From Hylemonella sp. (lineage in GTDB: Bacteria; Pseudomonadota; Gammaproteobacteria; Burkholderiales; Burkholderiaceae_C), in assembly GCA_041905305.1 (NCBI GenBank), contig JAYRLJ010000003.1:1-35789 (forward strand): a DNA stretch of 35,789 nt, read 5' to 3'. Numbering within the stretch: the stretch's first letter is position 1; each line of letters begins with the position of its first letter. Both the position numbers and the translations under genes were made by a program. The notes under the pieces were generated by a model. The model was not told where the DNA came from. It did not search any database and saw nothing but the letters and a program-made list of their open reading frames with translations. Shown one piece after another: positions 27,534 to 35,789 of this stretch.

Positions 27534-28772
27534 ATGAATCAAGCCTCCCCATTGAATTTTCCTGTTACTGACCGTGTCCGGCACGCCCTGGCGGTGACCT
27601 TGCGCGGCTGCGAGGAGCTGATTCCGGAGGCCGACTGGGTGCAGAAGCTGGCACGCGCCGAGGCTACTGACCAGCCGCTGCGTATCAAGTTGGGGCTGGA
27701 TCCGACGGCGCCGGACATCCACATCGGGCACACCGTGGTGCTCAACAAGATGCGCCAGCTGCAGGACCTGGGGCACCAGGTGATCTTCCTGATCGGCGAC
27801 TTCACCAGTCTGATCGGCGACCCGTCGGGCCGCAACAGCACTCGCCCGCCGCTCACCCCCGAGCAGATCAAGGCCAACGCCGAGACCTACTACAAGCAGG
27901 CCAGCCTGGTGCTGGATCCGCAGAAGACCGAGATCCGCTACAACAGCGAGTGGTGCCTGCCGCTGGGCTCCATGGGCATGATTCAGCTCGCCGCCAAGTA
28001 CACCGTGGCGCGCATGATGGAACGCAACGACTTCCACGACCGCTTCAAGGCCGGCAACCCAATCTCGGTGCACGAGTTCCTCTATCCGCTGATGCAGGGC
28101 TATGACTCGGTGGCGCTGAAGAGCGACCTGGAGCTGGGCGGCACCGATCAGAAGTTCAACCTGCTGATGGGGCGGCACCTGCAGGCCGAGTACGGCCAGG
28201 AGCCGCAGTGCATCCTGACCATGCCGTTGCTGGAGGGGCTGGACGGCGTGGACAAGATGTCCAAGTCCAAGAACAACTACATCGGCATCACCGAAGACGC
28301 CAACACCATGTTCGCCAAGGTGCTGTCCATCAGTGACGAGCTGATGTGGCGCTGGTACACCCTGCTGAGCTTCCGTAGCCTGGACGAGATCAGCAAACTC
28401 CAGCAGGAGGTGGTGCAAGGGCGCAATCCGAAAGAGGCCAAGGTGCTGCTGGCCAAGGAAATCACGGCGCGCTTCCATTCGGCCGCCGCAGCCGAGGCGG
28501 CCGAGCAGGACTTCATCAACCGAAGCAAGGGCGGCATTCCCGACCAGATTGACGAGCAGACCGTCAACCTGGACGGCGGCCCGATGGGCATCGGTGCCTT
28601 GCTCAAGCTCACTGGTCTGGCCGCGTCCAGCGGTGAGGGCAACCGCCTGATCGATGGCGGCGGCGTGCGCATCGACGCCAGCGTGGTCAGCGACAAGGGG
28701 CTCAAGCTCGGTGCCGGCACCTATGTGCTGCAGGTTGGCAAGCGTAAGTTCAAGAAGGTGACGCTGGTCTAG
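27534..28772 (+). CDS. tyrS: Tyrosine--tRNA ligase
   Basis: [30 protein letters not shown] and KMSKS motifs; C-terminal S4-like domain. Confidence 0.97.
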   Translation: MNQASPLNFPVTDRVRHALAVTLRGCEELIPEADWVQKLARAEATDQPLRIKLGLDPTAPDIHIGHTVVLNKMRQLQDLGHQVIFLIGDFTSLIGDPSGRNSTRPPLTPEQIKANAETYYKQASLVLDPQKTEIRYNSEWCLPLGSMGMIQLAAKYTVARMMERNDFHDRFKAGNPISVHEFLYPLMQGYDSVALKSDLELGGTDQKFNLLMGRHLQAEYGQEPQCILTMPLLEGLDGVDKMSKSKNNYIGITEDANTMFAKVLSISDELMWRWYTLLSFRSLDEISKLQQEVVQGRNPKEAKVLLAKEITARFHSAAAAEAAEQDFINRSKGGIPDQIDEQTVNLDGGPMGIGALLKLTGLAASSGEGNRLIDGGGVRIDASVVSDKGLKLGAGTYVLQVGKRKFKKVTLV

Positions 28773-28806
28773 TCGGCGCGTCTTTTTCGAGACAAAACCA
28801 AGGGAA

Positions 28807-28838
28807 AACATTAACCGACCGATCGGTCGGGAGATGTT
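28807..28838. promoter_or_regulatory. Second probable PaaR operator, upstream of paaG
   Basis: Perfect core CCGACCGATCGGTCGG (28815-30) with symmetric AACAT/ATGTT flanks; 28810-28830 is identical to 21205-21225. Confidence 0.8.
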
Positions 28839-28911
28839 AAATTGGCCTGACCATGCGGCCTGCTGCGTCAGGCCGGCGTGGTGTCGGTCACGTCAACCCG
28901 AGGGATGTCTC

Positions 28912-29730
28912 ATGCCTGAGTCTGCCGGCGCATCGGTCGCCGAATCGTCCGTGCTGTATGCCGAGCAGGGGGCGGTGGCCATTGCCACCCTGAACCGGCC
29001 GCAAGCGCTCAACAGTTTCACCCGCCAGATGCACCGTGAGCTGTGGGCGGCGCTCGAACGGGCCGAGGCCAATCCGGCCATCCGTGCCCTGGTGATCACC
29101 GGGGCGGGGCGCGGCTTCTGTGCCGGCGCCGACCTGTCGGAGTTCGACTTCGCGCCCGGCCCCGATCTGGTCGAGCGCGCCAATCCCGGCCCGGTCATCG
29201 AGCAGGCCTTCAATCCCACCGTGCGGCGTTTGCAGGCCCTGCGCATGCCCGTCATCGCCGCGGTCAATGGCGTGGCGGCGGGTGCTGGCGCCTCGCTGGC
29301 GATGACCTGCGACATCGCCATTGCTGCACCCCAGGCCAGTTTCATCCAGGCCTTCAGCAAGATCGGCCTCATTCCCGATGCTGGGGGCTCCTGGTTCCTG
29401 TCGCAGCGTCTGGGGCTGGCGCGGGCCCTGGCATTGGCCATGACCGGCGACAAGCTGAGCGCCGAGCAGGCCCGTGACTGGGGGCTGATCTGGCAAGTGA
29501 GTGACGACTGCTTGGGCGCCGCCCTCGAGCTGGCGCAACGTCTGGCCGTGATGCCGACCAAGGCGTTGGTGGCCACCCGTCATCTGCTGCGCGAGGCGGG
29601 CAGCCGCAGCTTGGACCAGCAGCTGGATGCCGAGCGTGACACCCAGTCGGCACTGGGGCGCACGCATGACTACATCGAAGGGGTGCAGGCGTTTCTCGAC
29701 AAACGCAGCCCGCAATTCAAGGGGGAGTGA
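28912..29730 (+). CDS. paaG: Crotonase-family enzyme, probable 1,2-epoxyphenylacetyl-CoA isomerase
   Basis: LNRPQALNSF, GRGFCAGADL, AVNGVAAGAG and QAFSKIGLIPDAGG motifs; heads paaI-paaK. Confidence 0.82.
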   Translation: MPESAGASVAESSVLYAEQGAVAIATLNRPQALNSFTRQMHRELWAALERAEANPAIRALVITGAGRGFCAGADLSEFDFAPGPDLVERANPGPVIEQAFNPTVRRLQALRMPVIAAVNGVAAGAGASLAMTCDIAIAAPQASFIQAFSKIGLIPDAGGSWFLSQRLGLARALALAMTGDKLSAEQARDWGLIWQVSDDCLGAALELAQRLAVMPTKALVATRHLLREAGSRSLDQQLDAERDTQSALGRTHDYIEGVQAFLDKRSPQFKGE

Positions 29731-29733
29731 GAC

Positions 29734-30180
29734 ATGGGCCATCCGACCCAAGCTGAGGTACTGGCGCGCGAAGTGGGCGCTTCCATGTTCGCCGCCGACC
29801 GCGCGTCACGCGAATTCATGCAGATGGAACTGCTGACCTGCGCGCCGGGCCGCGCCGTGATGCGCATGACGGTGCGCGAACCCATGCTCAATGGCCATGC
29901 CATCTGCCACGGCGGGCTGATCTTCACCTTGGCGGATTCCACCTTCGCCTTTGCCTGCAACAGCTACAACAAGGTGGCGGTGGCGGCCGGTTGCAGCATC
30001 GAGTTCCTGCGGCCGGCGCATCTGGGCGATGTGTTGACCTGCGAAGGCGTGGAGCAGACCCTGCAGGGCCGGCACGGCATCTACGACATGAAGGTGAGCA
30101 ACGAGCGTGGCGAAGTGGTGGCCATGTTCCGCGGCAAGAGTGCCCAGATCCAGGGCACAGTCATTCCGGAGGCCGCATGA
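29734..30180 (+). CDS. paaI: Hydroxyphenylacetyl-CoA thioesterase
   Basis: NGHAICHGGLIFTLADSTFAFACNS hotdog-fold motif. Confidence 0.93.
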   Translation: MGHPTQAEVLAREVGASMFAADRASREFMQMELLTCAPGRAVMRMTVREPMLNGHAICHGGLIFTLADSTFAFACNSYNKVAVAAGCSIEFLRPAHLGDVLTCEGVEQTLQGRHGIYDMKVSNERGEVVAMFRGKSAQIQGTVIPEAA

Positions 30181-31475
30181 AGCAGCGCGCGTTTCCCTGG
30201 GAGCCGATCGAGACGGCCAGCATCGACGAACTGCGCAGCCTGCAGCTCAAGCGGCTCAAGGCCACGCTGCAGCACGCCTACCAGAATTCACCGGTGTACC
30301 GGGCGAAGTTCGATGCCGCCGGCGTGCACCCGGACGACTGCCAGTCGCTGGCGGACCTGGCAAAGTTCCCGTTCACCACCAAGAAGGACCTGCGCGACAG
30401 CTATCCCTTCGGCATGTTTGCCGTGCCGCGCGAGCAGTGCGTGCGCATCCATGCCTCCAGCGGCACCACCGGGAAACCGACGGTCGTGGGCTATACCGCC
30501 AAGGACATCGATACCTGGGCCTCGGTGGTGGCGCGCAGCATCCGCGCCGCCGGTGCCCGACCGGGCGACATGGTGCACGTGAGCTACGGCTATGGCCTCT
30601 TCACCGGCGGCCTGGGTGCGCACTACGGCGCCGAGCGGCTGGGCCTGACGGTGGTGCCCTTCGGCGGTGGCCAGACCGAGCGCCAGGTGCAGCTGATCCA
30701 GGACTTCAAGCCCGACATCATCATGGTGACGCCCAGCTACATGCTGGCGATTGCCGAGGAGTTTGAGCGCCAGGGTCTGCGGCCTACCGAGTCCAGCCTG
30801 CGCATCGGTATCTTCGGCGCCGAACCCTGGACCAACGACATGCGGCGCGCCATCGAGCTGCGCATGGGGCTGGACGCCGTGGACATCTACGGTCTGAGCG
30901 AGGTGATCGGCCCCGGCGTCGCCAGCGAATGCGTGCTGACCAAGGACGGGCCGACGATCTGGGAAGACCATTTCTATCCGGAGATCATTGATCCCAATAC
31001 CGGCGAGTTGCTGCCGGATGGCGCAGAGGGCGAACTGGTCTTCACCAGCCTGACCAAGGAGGCCTTGCCCATCATCCGTTACCGCACGCGCGACCTGACA
31101 CGCCTGCTGCCGGGCAGCACCCGCAGCATGCGACGGATTGAGAAGATCACCGGGCGCAGCGACGACATGATGATCGTGCGCGGCGTCAATGTCTTCCCGA
31201 GCCAGATCGAGGAACTCATCCTGCGTCGCCCGGAACTGGCGCCGCACTACCAGTGCATCCTGCGCCGCAGCGGCCCGCTCGATGACCTGCATGTGGTGGT
31301 GGAGACGCGCCCGGGCGTGTCGCCCGACAGCCTGGCGGCCCGTGCCGCGGGCAAGCAGTTGCAGCACGAGATCAAGGCCTACATCGGCACCAGCGTCGAG
31401 ATCGAACTGCGCCCGGAAGGCGGTGTGGAGCGCAGCGTGGGCAAGGCCAAGCGGGTGCTGGACCAGCGGCGCTAG
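30177..31475 (+). CDS. paaK: Phenylacetate--CoA ligase
   Basis: RIHASSGTTGKPTVVGYT, DIYGLSE, RYRTRD and GRSDDMMIVRGVNVFPSQIE motifs. Confidence 0.96.
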   Translation: MKQRAFPWEPIETASIDELRSLQLKRLKATLQHAYQNSPVYRAKFDAAGVHPDDCQSLADLAKFPFTTKKDLRDSYPFGMFAVPREQCVRIHASSGTTGKPTVVGYTAKDIDTWASVVARSIRAAGARPGDMVHVSYGYGLFTGGLGAHYGAERLGLTVVPFGGGQTERQVQLIQDFKPDIIMVTPSYMLAIAEEFERQGLRPTESSLRIGIFGAEPWTNDMRRAIELRMGLDAVDIYGLSEVIGPGVASECVLTKDGPTIWEDHFYPEIIDPNTGELLPDGAEGELVFTSLTKEALPIIRYRTRDLTRLLPGSTRSMRRIEKITGRSDDMMIVRGVNVFPSQIEELILRRPELAPHYQCILRRSGPLDDLHVVVETRPGVSPDSLAARAAGKQLQHEIKAYIGTSVEIELRPEGGVERSVGKAKRVLDQRR

Positions 31476-31525
31476 ACCAGCAGAGGCGCTAAGATCGCCT
31501 CCACAACACCCGGGGAGACGTCTGC

Positions 31526-32026
31526 ATGGATGACAAGGCCATCTACCGCAAGTCAGGCAAGGGGACGGAGGCGATCGCCTCGCGTTCCCTGACGGGCAAG
31601 CTGCGTACGGTGCTGATCCTGGTGGACGGCAAGAAGCCGGTCGAGGAGTTGCGTCGCCTGGTCGCGGGGCTGGGGGAGGCGCAAGACCTGCTGGCCCAGC
31701 TGGAGGCCGAAGGCTATCTGGAGCTGGCGGCGGCGCCAGCCGCTGTGCCGGCGTCAAGTCCGATGGCGGTGCCGTCGGTGACCAAACCGGCAGCGGCGCC
31801 GCCGGCGCCTGCCTTGGCACCGGTCAAGCAGTTCGCCACCCGGCTGCTGTTGGAGGCCTTGGGGCCGCTGGCAGATGACTTGTGCCTGAAGATTGAAGCC
31901 GCCAGCACGCTGCCGCAGTTCATCGAGGCCATGAAGCGGGCTTACGCCATGGTGCGGGAGGTGCGCGGCCAAGCGGCGGCCGACCGTTTTGGCCAGGAGG
32001 TCGAGGCCCGCATGCCCGCCGCCTGA
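31526..32026 (+). CDS. Hypothetical two-domain protein (winged-helix-like N-domain, Ala/Pro linker, helical C-domain)
   Basis: Clean ORF with GGGAG RBS; RTVLILVDGKK...LAQLEAEGYLE and LLEALGPLADDLCLKIE segments. Confidence 0.75.
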   Translation: MDDKAIYRKSGKGTEAIASRSLTGKLRTVLILVDGKKPVEELRRLVAGLGEAQDLLAQLEAEGYLELAAAPAAVPASSPMAVPSVTKPAAAPPAPALAPVKQFATRLLLEALGPLADDLCLKIEAASTLPQFIEAMKRAYAMVREVRGQAAADRFGQEVEARMPAA

Positions 32027-32045
32027 GCGCGCCAGGGGCGGTGGC

Positions 32046-33821
32046 TCAGGCTGACAGCCAGGCCGCGATCCGTGCGGAATCACCGATCGACAGGCGCAGA
32101 GTCGTCACACCGCGTGGCAAGGTCAGCGGCAGTTGCAGCAAACGTCTGTCACGCGCAACCAAAGCGCGCACCTTGCCGTAGGTGCCAACGTACAGCGGCA
32201 GATCGTCCAGGCGCGTCAGACGCCAGCTGCTGCGCGCTTTGCCGCTACCCACGTCGATGCCCAGCCACTCATCGCCAGCGGCGAAGCCAGCCTGCTCGGC
32301 CGCGCCTCCGCGCAGCACCGTCTTGACCTGGATGGACGTCCCTTCCGAGACCCGCAGCCCGAGTTGCTGTGCCAGCTGGGCCGGTTCGTCGTGTACGGCC
32401 ACGCCATGCCGTTGCAGCAGCTCCCGCAGCGGTAACTCGGCCGTGCTGTGGACCCAGCGCTGCAGCTCGCGTGTCCAGACGCGGCCGGACACGTCGTGCA
32501 GCACTTGCAACAGATCCTCTTCCGTCATCGGCCCACCCCGGCAGCGCTGCCACAGGGCGCGCATGACTTCGTCCAGCGTGTGCGGGCCCTCGGCGCGCAG
32601 GCTGAGGTCGAGGCACAGCGCCACCAAGGCCCCCTTGCTGTAGTAGCTCACGGTGGCGTTGGGGGTGTTCTCGTCCTGTCGGTAGTACTTGACCCAGGCA
32701 TCGAAGCTGGCCTGGGCCACCGACTGCACTTCACGGCCCGGCGTCTGCTGCACCTGGTTGACGGTCTTGTTGAGCAGCTTGAGGTAGCCGGCATCGTCGA
32801 TCAGGCCGGCGCGGCGCAGCAGCAGGTCGTCGTAGTAGCTGGTGAAACCCTCGAAGAACCAGAGCAGCCGGGTGTAGTTCTCCTGGCTGTAGTCGTAGCG
32901 GGTGAACTCCGCCGGCCGCAGGCGTTTGACATTCCAGGTGTGGAAGTACTCGTGGCTGATCAGGCCCAGCAGGGTCGTGTAGCCGTCACCCGGCCGGGCA
33001 CCCAGGCGCGGCAGATCGCGGCGCGAGCAGATCAGCGCTGTTGAGTTGCGGTGCTCCAGTCCACCGTAGCCGTCGTCGGTGGCGTTGAGCATGAAGACAT
33101 AACTGGAGAGCGGCGGTTTGCGTGACGCGCGCTTGCCGTCGCCGTGCCAGAAGCGGATCTCGGTCTCGCAGATGCGGCGCACATCGGCCAGCAGGCGTTC
33201 GCCGTCAAAGCTGGGTGGTGCGCCCGCCACGACGAAGCGATGGGGGATGCCGGCCGCCTTGAAGCTGCCGCTCCAGAAATCCCCTAACTCGAACGGGCAA
33301 TCGACCAGCTCGTCGTAGTCGGCGGCGCGGTACAGGCCGAAGCCGCGCCGGTTGAGCTTCACGGGCGTCAGGCCACTGACGGTCGACCAGTGGCTGGTGG
33401 CGCGGCTTGGCGCCAGTTCCAACTCGTGCGGCGTGTCTTCCAGGCCGAGCACCCGCAGGCACAGGCTGGTGCCGTTGAAGAATCCGCGCGTGACATCGAG
33501 CCAGGCCGTGCGCACCGAGTTGTCGTAGGCGTAGACCTCGTAGGTCAGCACCAGCGGCCGCTGCGGCGCGCTATCGACTTGCCAGCTGCATTTGTCGAGC
33601 TGCTGCAGCGCGACGGCCTTGCCGCCTTGTCGGGCCTGCAGCCGCTGCAGATGCTTGGCGAACTCGCGCACCAGGTAGCTGCCGGGGATCCACACCGGCA
33701 GGGCGACGCGTTGCTGCGCCTGCGGCCGTGCGATGGTCAGTGTGACGCGGAACAGGTGGGCGTGCAGATCGGCCAACTCGATCCGGTAGTGCACGGTGCT
33801 GGGGGGCTGCTTGGGGGGCAT
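32046..33821 (-). CDS. M61 family metallopeptidase with C-terminal PDZ domain
   Basis: PVWIPGSY, GGLEH, HEYFHTWN, LWFFEGFTSYY, YYSKG and PDZ-like AEQAGFAAGD motifs. Confidence 0.92.
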   Translation of the reverse strand: MPPKQPPSTVHYRIELADLHAHLFRVTLTIARPQAQQRVALPVWIPGSYLVREFAKHLQRLQARQGGKAVALQQLDKCSWQVDSAPQRPLVLTYEVYAYDNSVRTAWLDVTRGFFNGTSLCLRVLGLEDTPHELELAPSRATSHWSTVSGLTPVKLNRRGFGLYRAADYDELVDCPFELGDFWSGSFKAAGIPHRFVVAGAPPSFDGERLLADVRRICETEIRFWHGDGKRASRKPPLSSYVFMLNATDDGYGGLEHRNSTALICSRRDLPRLGARPGDGYTTLLGLISHEYFHTWNVKRLRPAEFTRYDYSQENYTRLLWFFEGFTSYYDDLLLRRAGLIDDAGYLKLLNKTVNQVQQTPGREVQSVAQASFDAWVKYYRQDENTPNATVSYYSKGALVALCLDLSLRAEGPHTLDEVMRALWQRCRGGPMTEEDLLQVLHDVSGRVWTRELQRWVHSTAELPLRELLQRHGVAVHDEPAQLAQQLGLRVSEGTSIQVKTVLRGGAAEQAGFAAGDEWLGIDVGSGKARSSWRLTRLDDLPLYVGTYGKVRALVARDRRLLQLPLTLPRGVTTLRLSIGDSARIAAWLSA

Positions 33822-33829
33822 GGCGCGGC

Positions 33830-34555
33830 TCAGCGGACGTCGCCCAGGTATTTCTCGATCTGCTGGGTGTTGATGGCGCCGGGGACGCGCGAGCCGTCGG
33901 CAAAGATCAATGTCGGCGTGCCGGTGATCTTGTGCTTGCGGCCGAGCTCGAGGTTGCGGGTGATGGCCGACACATCGCAGCTGGCGGCGGCCGGTGGTTG
34001 GTCGCGGTACATCCAGTCCTGCCAGGTTTTGCCCTTGTCCTTGGCGCACCAGATGTTCTTCGACTTCTCGGCCGAATCGGCGCTCAGGATGGGGTAGAGG
34101 AAGGTGTAGACCGTGACGTTGTTGACCTTTTCCAGGTCACGCTCGAAGCGCTTGCAGTAGCCGCAATTGGGGTCGGCAAAGACGGCCACCTTGCGCTTGC
34201 CGTTGCCGCGCACGATGGTGAAGGCGTCCTTGAGCGGCAGGCTGTCGAAGCTGACGGCGGTCAGCTTGTCGATGCGCTCTTCGGTCAGGTTGCGGCGCTG
34301 GCGCGTGTCGATCAGGTTGCCCTGGATCAGGTAGTTGGCCTCGGCGTCGGTGTAGAAGATGTCGGTGCCATTGACGCGCACCTCGTACAGGCCATTGACT
34401 GGCGTCTTGCTGATCTCGTCGATGGCCTTCAGTTGCGGAATGCGCTCGGTCAGGTTCTTGCGGATCGTGGCTTCCTGCGCCGAGGCGGTCAGGCCGAGCA
34501 GGGCCAGGGTCAAGGCGCCCAAGGTGGTCAGAACGTTCATCATCATCCAGTTCAT
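33830..34555 (-). CDS. dsbC: Thiol:disulfide interchange protein DsbC
   Basis: Signal peptide, TPVNGLYEV dimerisation domain, DPNCGYCK and ITGTPT motifs; several alternative ATG starts. Confidence 0.92.
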   Translation of the reverse strand: MNWMMMNVLTTLGALTLALLGLTASAQEATIRKNLTERIPQLKAIDEISKTPVNGLYEVRVNGTDIFYTDAEANYLIQGNLIDTRQRRNLTEERIDKLTAVSFDSLPLKDAFTIVRGNGKRKVAVFADPNCGYCKRFERDLEKVNNVTVYTFLYPILSADSAEKSKNIWCAKDKGKTWQDWMYRDQPPAAASCDVSAITRNLELGRKHKITGTPTLIFADGSRVPGAINTQQIEKYLGDVR

Positions 34556-34574
34556 GCGGTCATTGCCGCGTTGG

Positions 34575-35684
34575 TCAGAAATCCATGGCCTGCCGGGCCA
34601 GCCATTGCTTTAACGGGCCGGCGCGCTGCACGCTCTTCATACCCCAGTTGCGCACGGCGCTCCAGCCTTCCCCTTCACGCGCAAACAGCAACTGCAGACC
34701 GTCCATGCCGGCGTCCAGCGCCAGCATGCCGGCCTTGCGGCTGCGCTCGTAGCGACGCAGCAGCTGGCGATCATCTACGCCGCGCCAATAGTCGCGCTCG
34801 CGGAGCACCTTGGCCAACGCGGCCACGTCAGCCAGGCCCAGGTTCAGGCCCTGCCCAGCCAGCGGGTGGACGTTGTGGGCTGCATCGCCAGCCAACACCC
34901 ACGCGCCCACCTCGGCACGCCCACTCCATTGCCGCGCCTGGGCCCTCTGCAGCGGCCAGCTGCGGCGCTCGCTGGTCAGCGTCATGGCGCCTAGCGCCTG
35001 GCCACAGGCGGCCGCCAGTTCGCGGCAGAAGGTGTCGGCGTCCAGTGCTTGCAGTCGCAGCGCCCTCTCTGGAGAGACAGACCACACCAACGCCACAGAG
35101 TTCCCTTGCGGGCCGCCCATCGGCAGCAAAGCCAGGATGTCGCCGTCGACAAACCATTGGCGTGCCACGCCTGCATGGGGCCGCTCGCAGCTCAGGCGCG
35201 CCGCCACGGCATGCTGGGCATAAGGGGTGACTTCGAAGTCGACGCCGAACTCGGCGCGCGTACTGCTGGCGCGGCCTTCGCAGACCACGGTCAGGCGGGC
35301 CGGCGCGGGCGCCTGCAGGGGCTCGATCTGGGGTTGAAAGCCCACCGCATCGCGCAGCAGTGATTCCAGCACGGGCACGTCCACGATCCAGGCCAGCGCG
35401 TCGGTGCCGAACTCGCCCGCGTCGAAGGTCACCGCGCCGCCGCGATCGCCGGCAATCTCCATGCGGGTGACCGGGGTGGCTGCGTCGGACACCGGCCAGC
35501 AGCGCAGCGATTCCAGCAGTTCCTTCGACGCGCGGTTGAGCGCGTAGGCACGCACATCCGGTCCGGCAGCTTGGGGGGGCGCCCCAACCAGGCCCACACG
35601 CAGCCGCTCGCGTGCCAGCAACAGTGCCAGGGTGCGGCCGACGATGCCGCTGCCGCGTATACAAACATCCAGGGGGAGAGCCAT
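34575..35684 (-). CDS. UbiH/UbiF/UbiI-family FAD-dependent hydroxylase (ubiquinone biosynthesis)
   Basis: GSGIVG, DVRAYAL and GDAAHNVHPLAGQGLNLG motifs; start at 35684 or 35693. Confidence 0.88.
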   Translation of the reverse strand: MALPLDVCIRGSGIVGRTLALLLARERLRVGLVGAPPQAAGPDVRAYALNRASKELLESLRCWPVSDAATPVTRMEIAGDRGGAVTFDAGEFGTDALAWIVDVPVLESLLRDAVGFQPQIEPLQAPAPARLTVVCEGRASSTRAEFGVDFEVTPYAQHAVAARLSCERPHAGVARQWFVDGDILALLPMGGPQGNSVALVWSVSPERALRLQALDADTFCRELAAACGQALGAMTLTSERRSWPLQRAQARQWSGRAEVGAWVLAGDAAHNVHPLAGQGLNLGLADVAALAKVLRERDYWRGVDDRQLLRRYERSRKAGMLALDAGMDGLQLLFAREGEGWSAVRNWGMKSVQRAGPLKQWLARQAMDF

Positions 35685-35789
35685 GGCGGTCATTGTAGAA
35701 GGCAGGGCAGAATCCTTCTTGTTGCTGATCAATGACAAATCCTGGAGTAATGCCAAGTGAGTGAATCCACCCCGGTGGGCGATGTGCAG

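Overview
High-GC betaproteobacterial chromosome segment; gene content and order suggest Burkholderiales, probably Comamonadaceae. It is mostly core genome. From left to right it holds: a double-length UvrA cut by the window edge; a c-di-GMP island (two tandem HD-GYP paralogs lacking the HD dyad, and a convergent MASE1-PAS-AGDEF cyclase); an alpha/beta hydrolase; prfC; a nitronate monooxygenase; an SAH riboswitch heading ahcY-tlyA-metF; paaABCDE; rlmJ; rplM-rpsI; a membrane protein-bactofilin-erpA cluster; anmK and an M23 peptidase; tyrS; paaG-paaI-paaK; a hypothetical protein; and a flavin hydroxylase-dsbC-M61 operon. No transposase, integrase, phage gene, tRNA, rRNA or CRISPR array was seen. 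The less ordinary signals are: (1) a short dispersed GCT(A/C)-N9-(T/G)AGC element found three times, one copy in-frame inside paaD; (2) an ~85-aa acidic-then-basic insertion in a TlyA that sits in the SAH-riboswitch locus; (3) the HD-less HD-GYP pair; (4) twin palindromic operators linking a split paa regulon; (5) a readable translational switch downstream of the SAH aptamer. All family assignments come from motif recognition by eye, not database searches.
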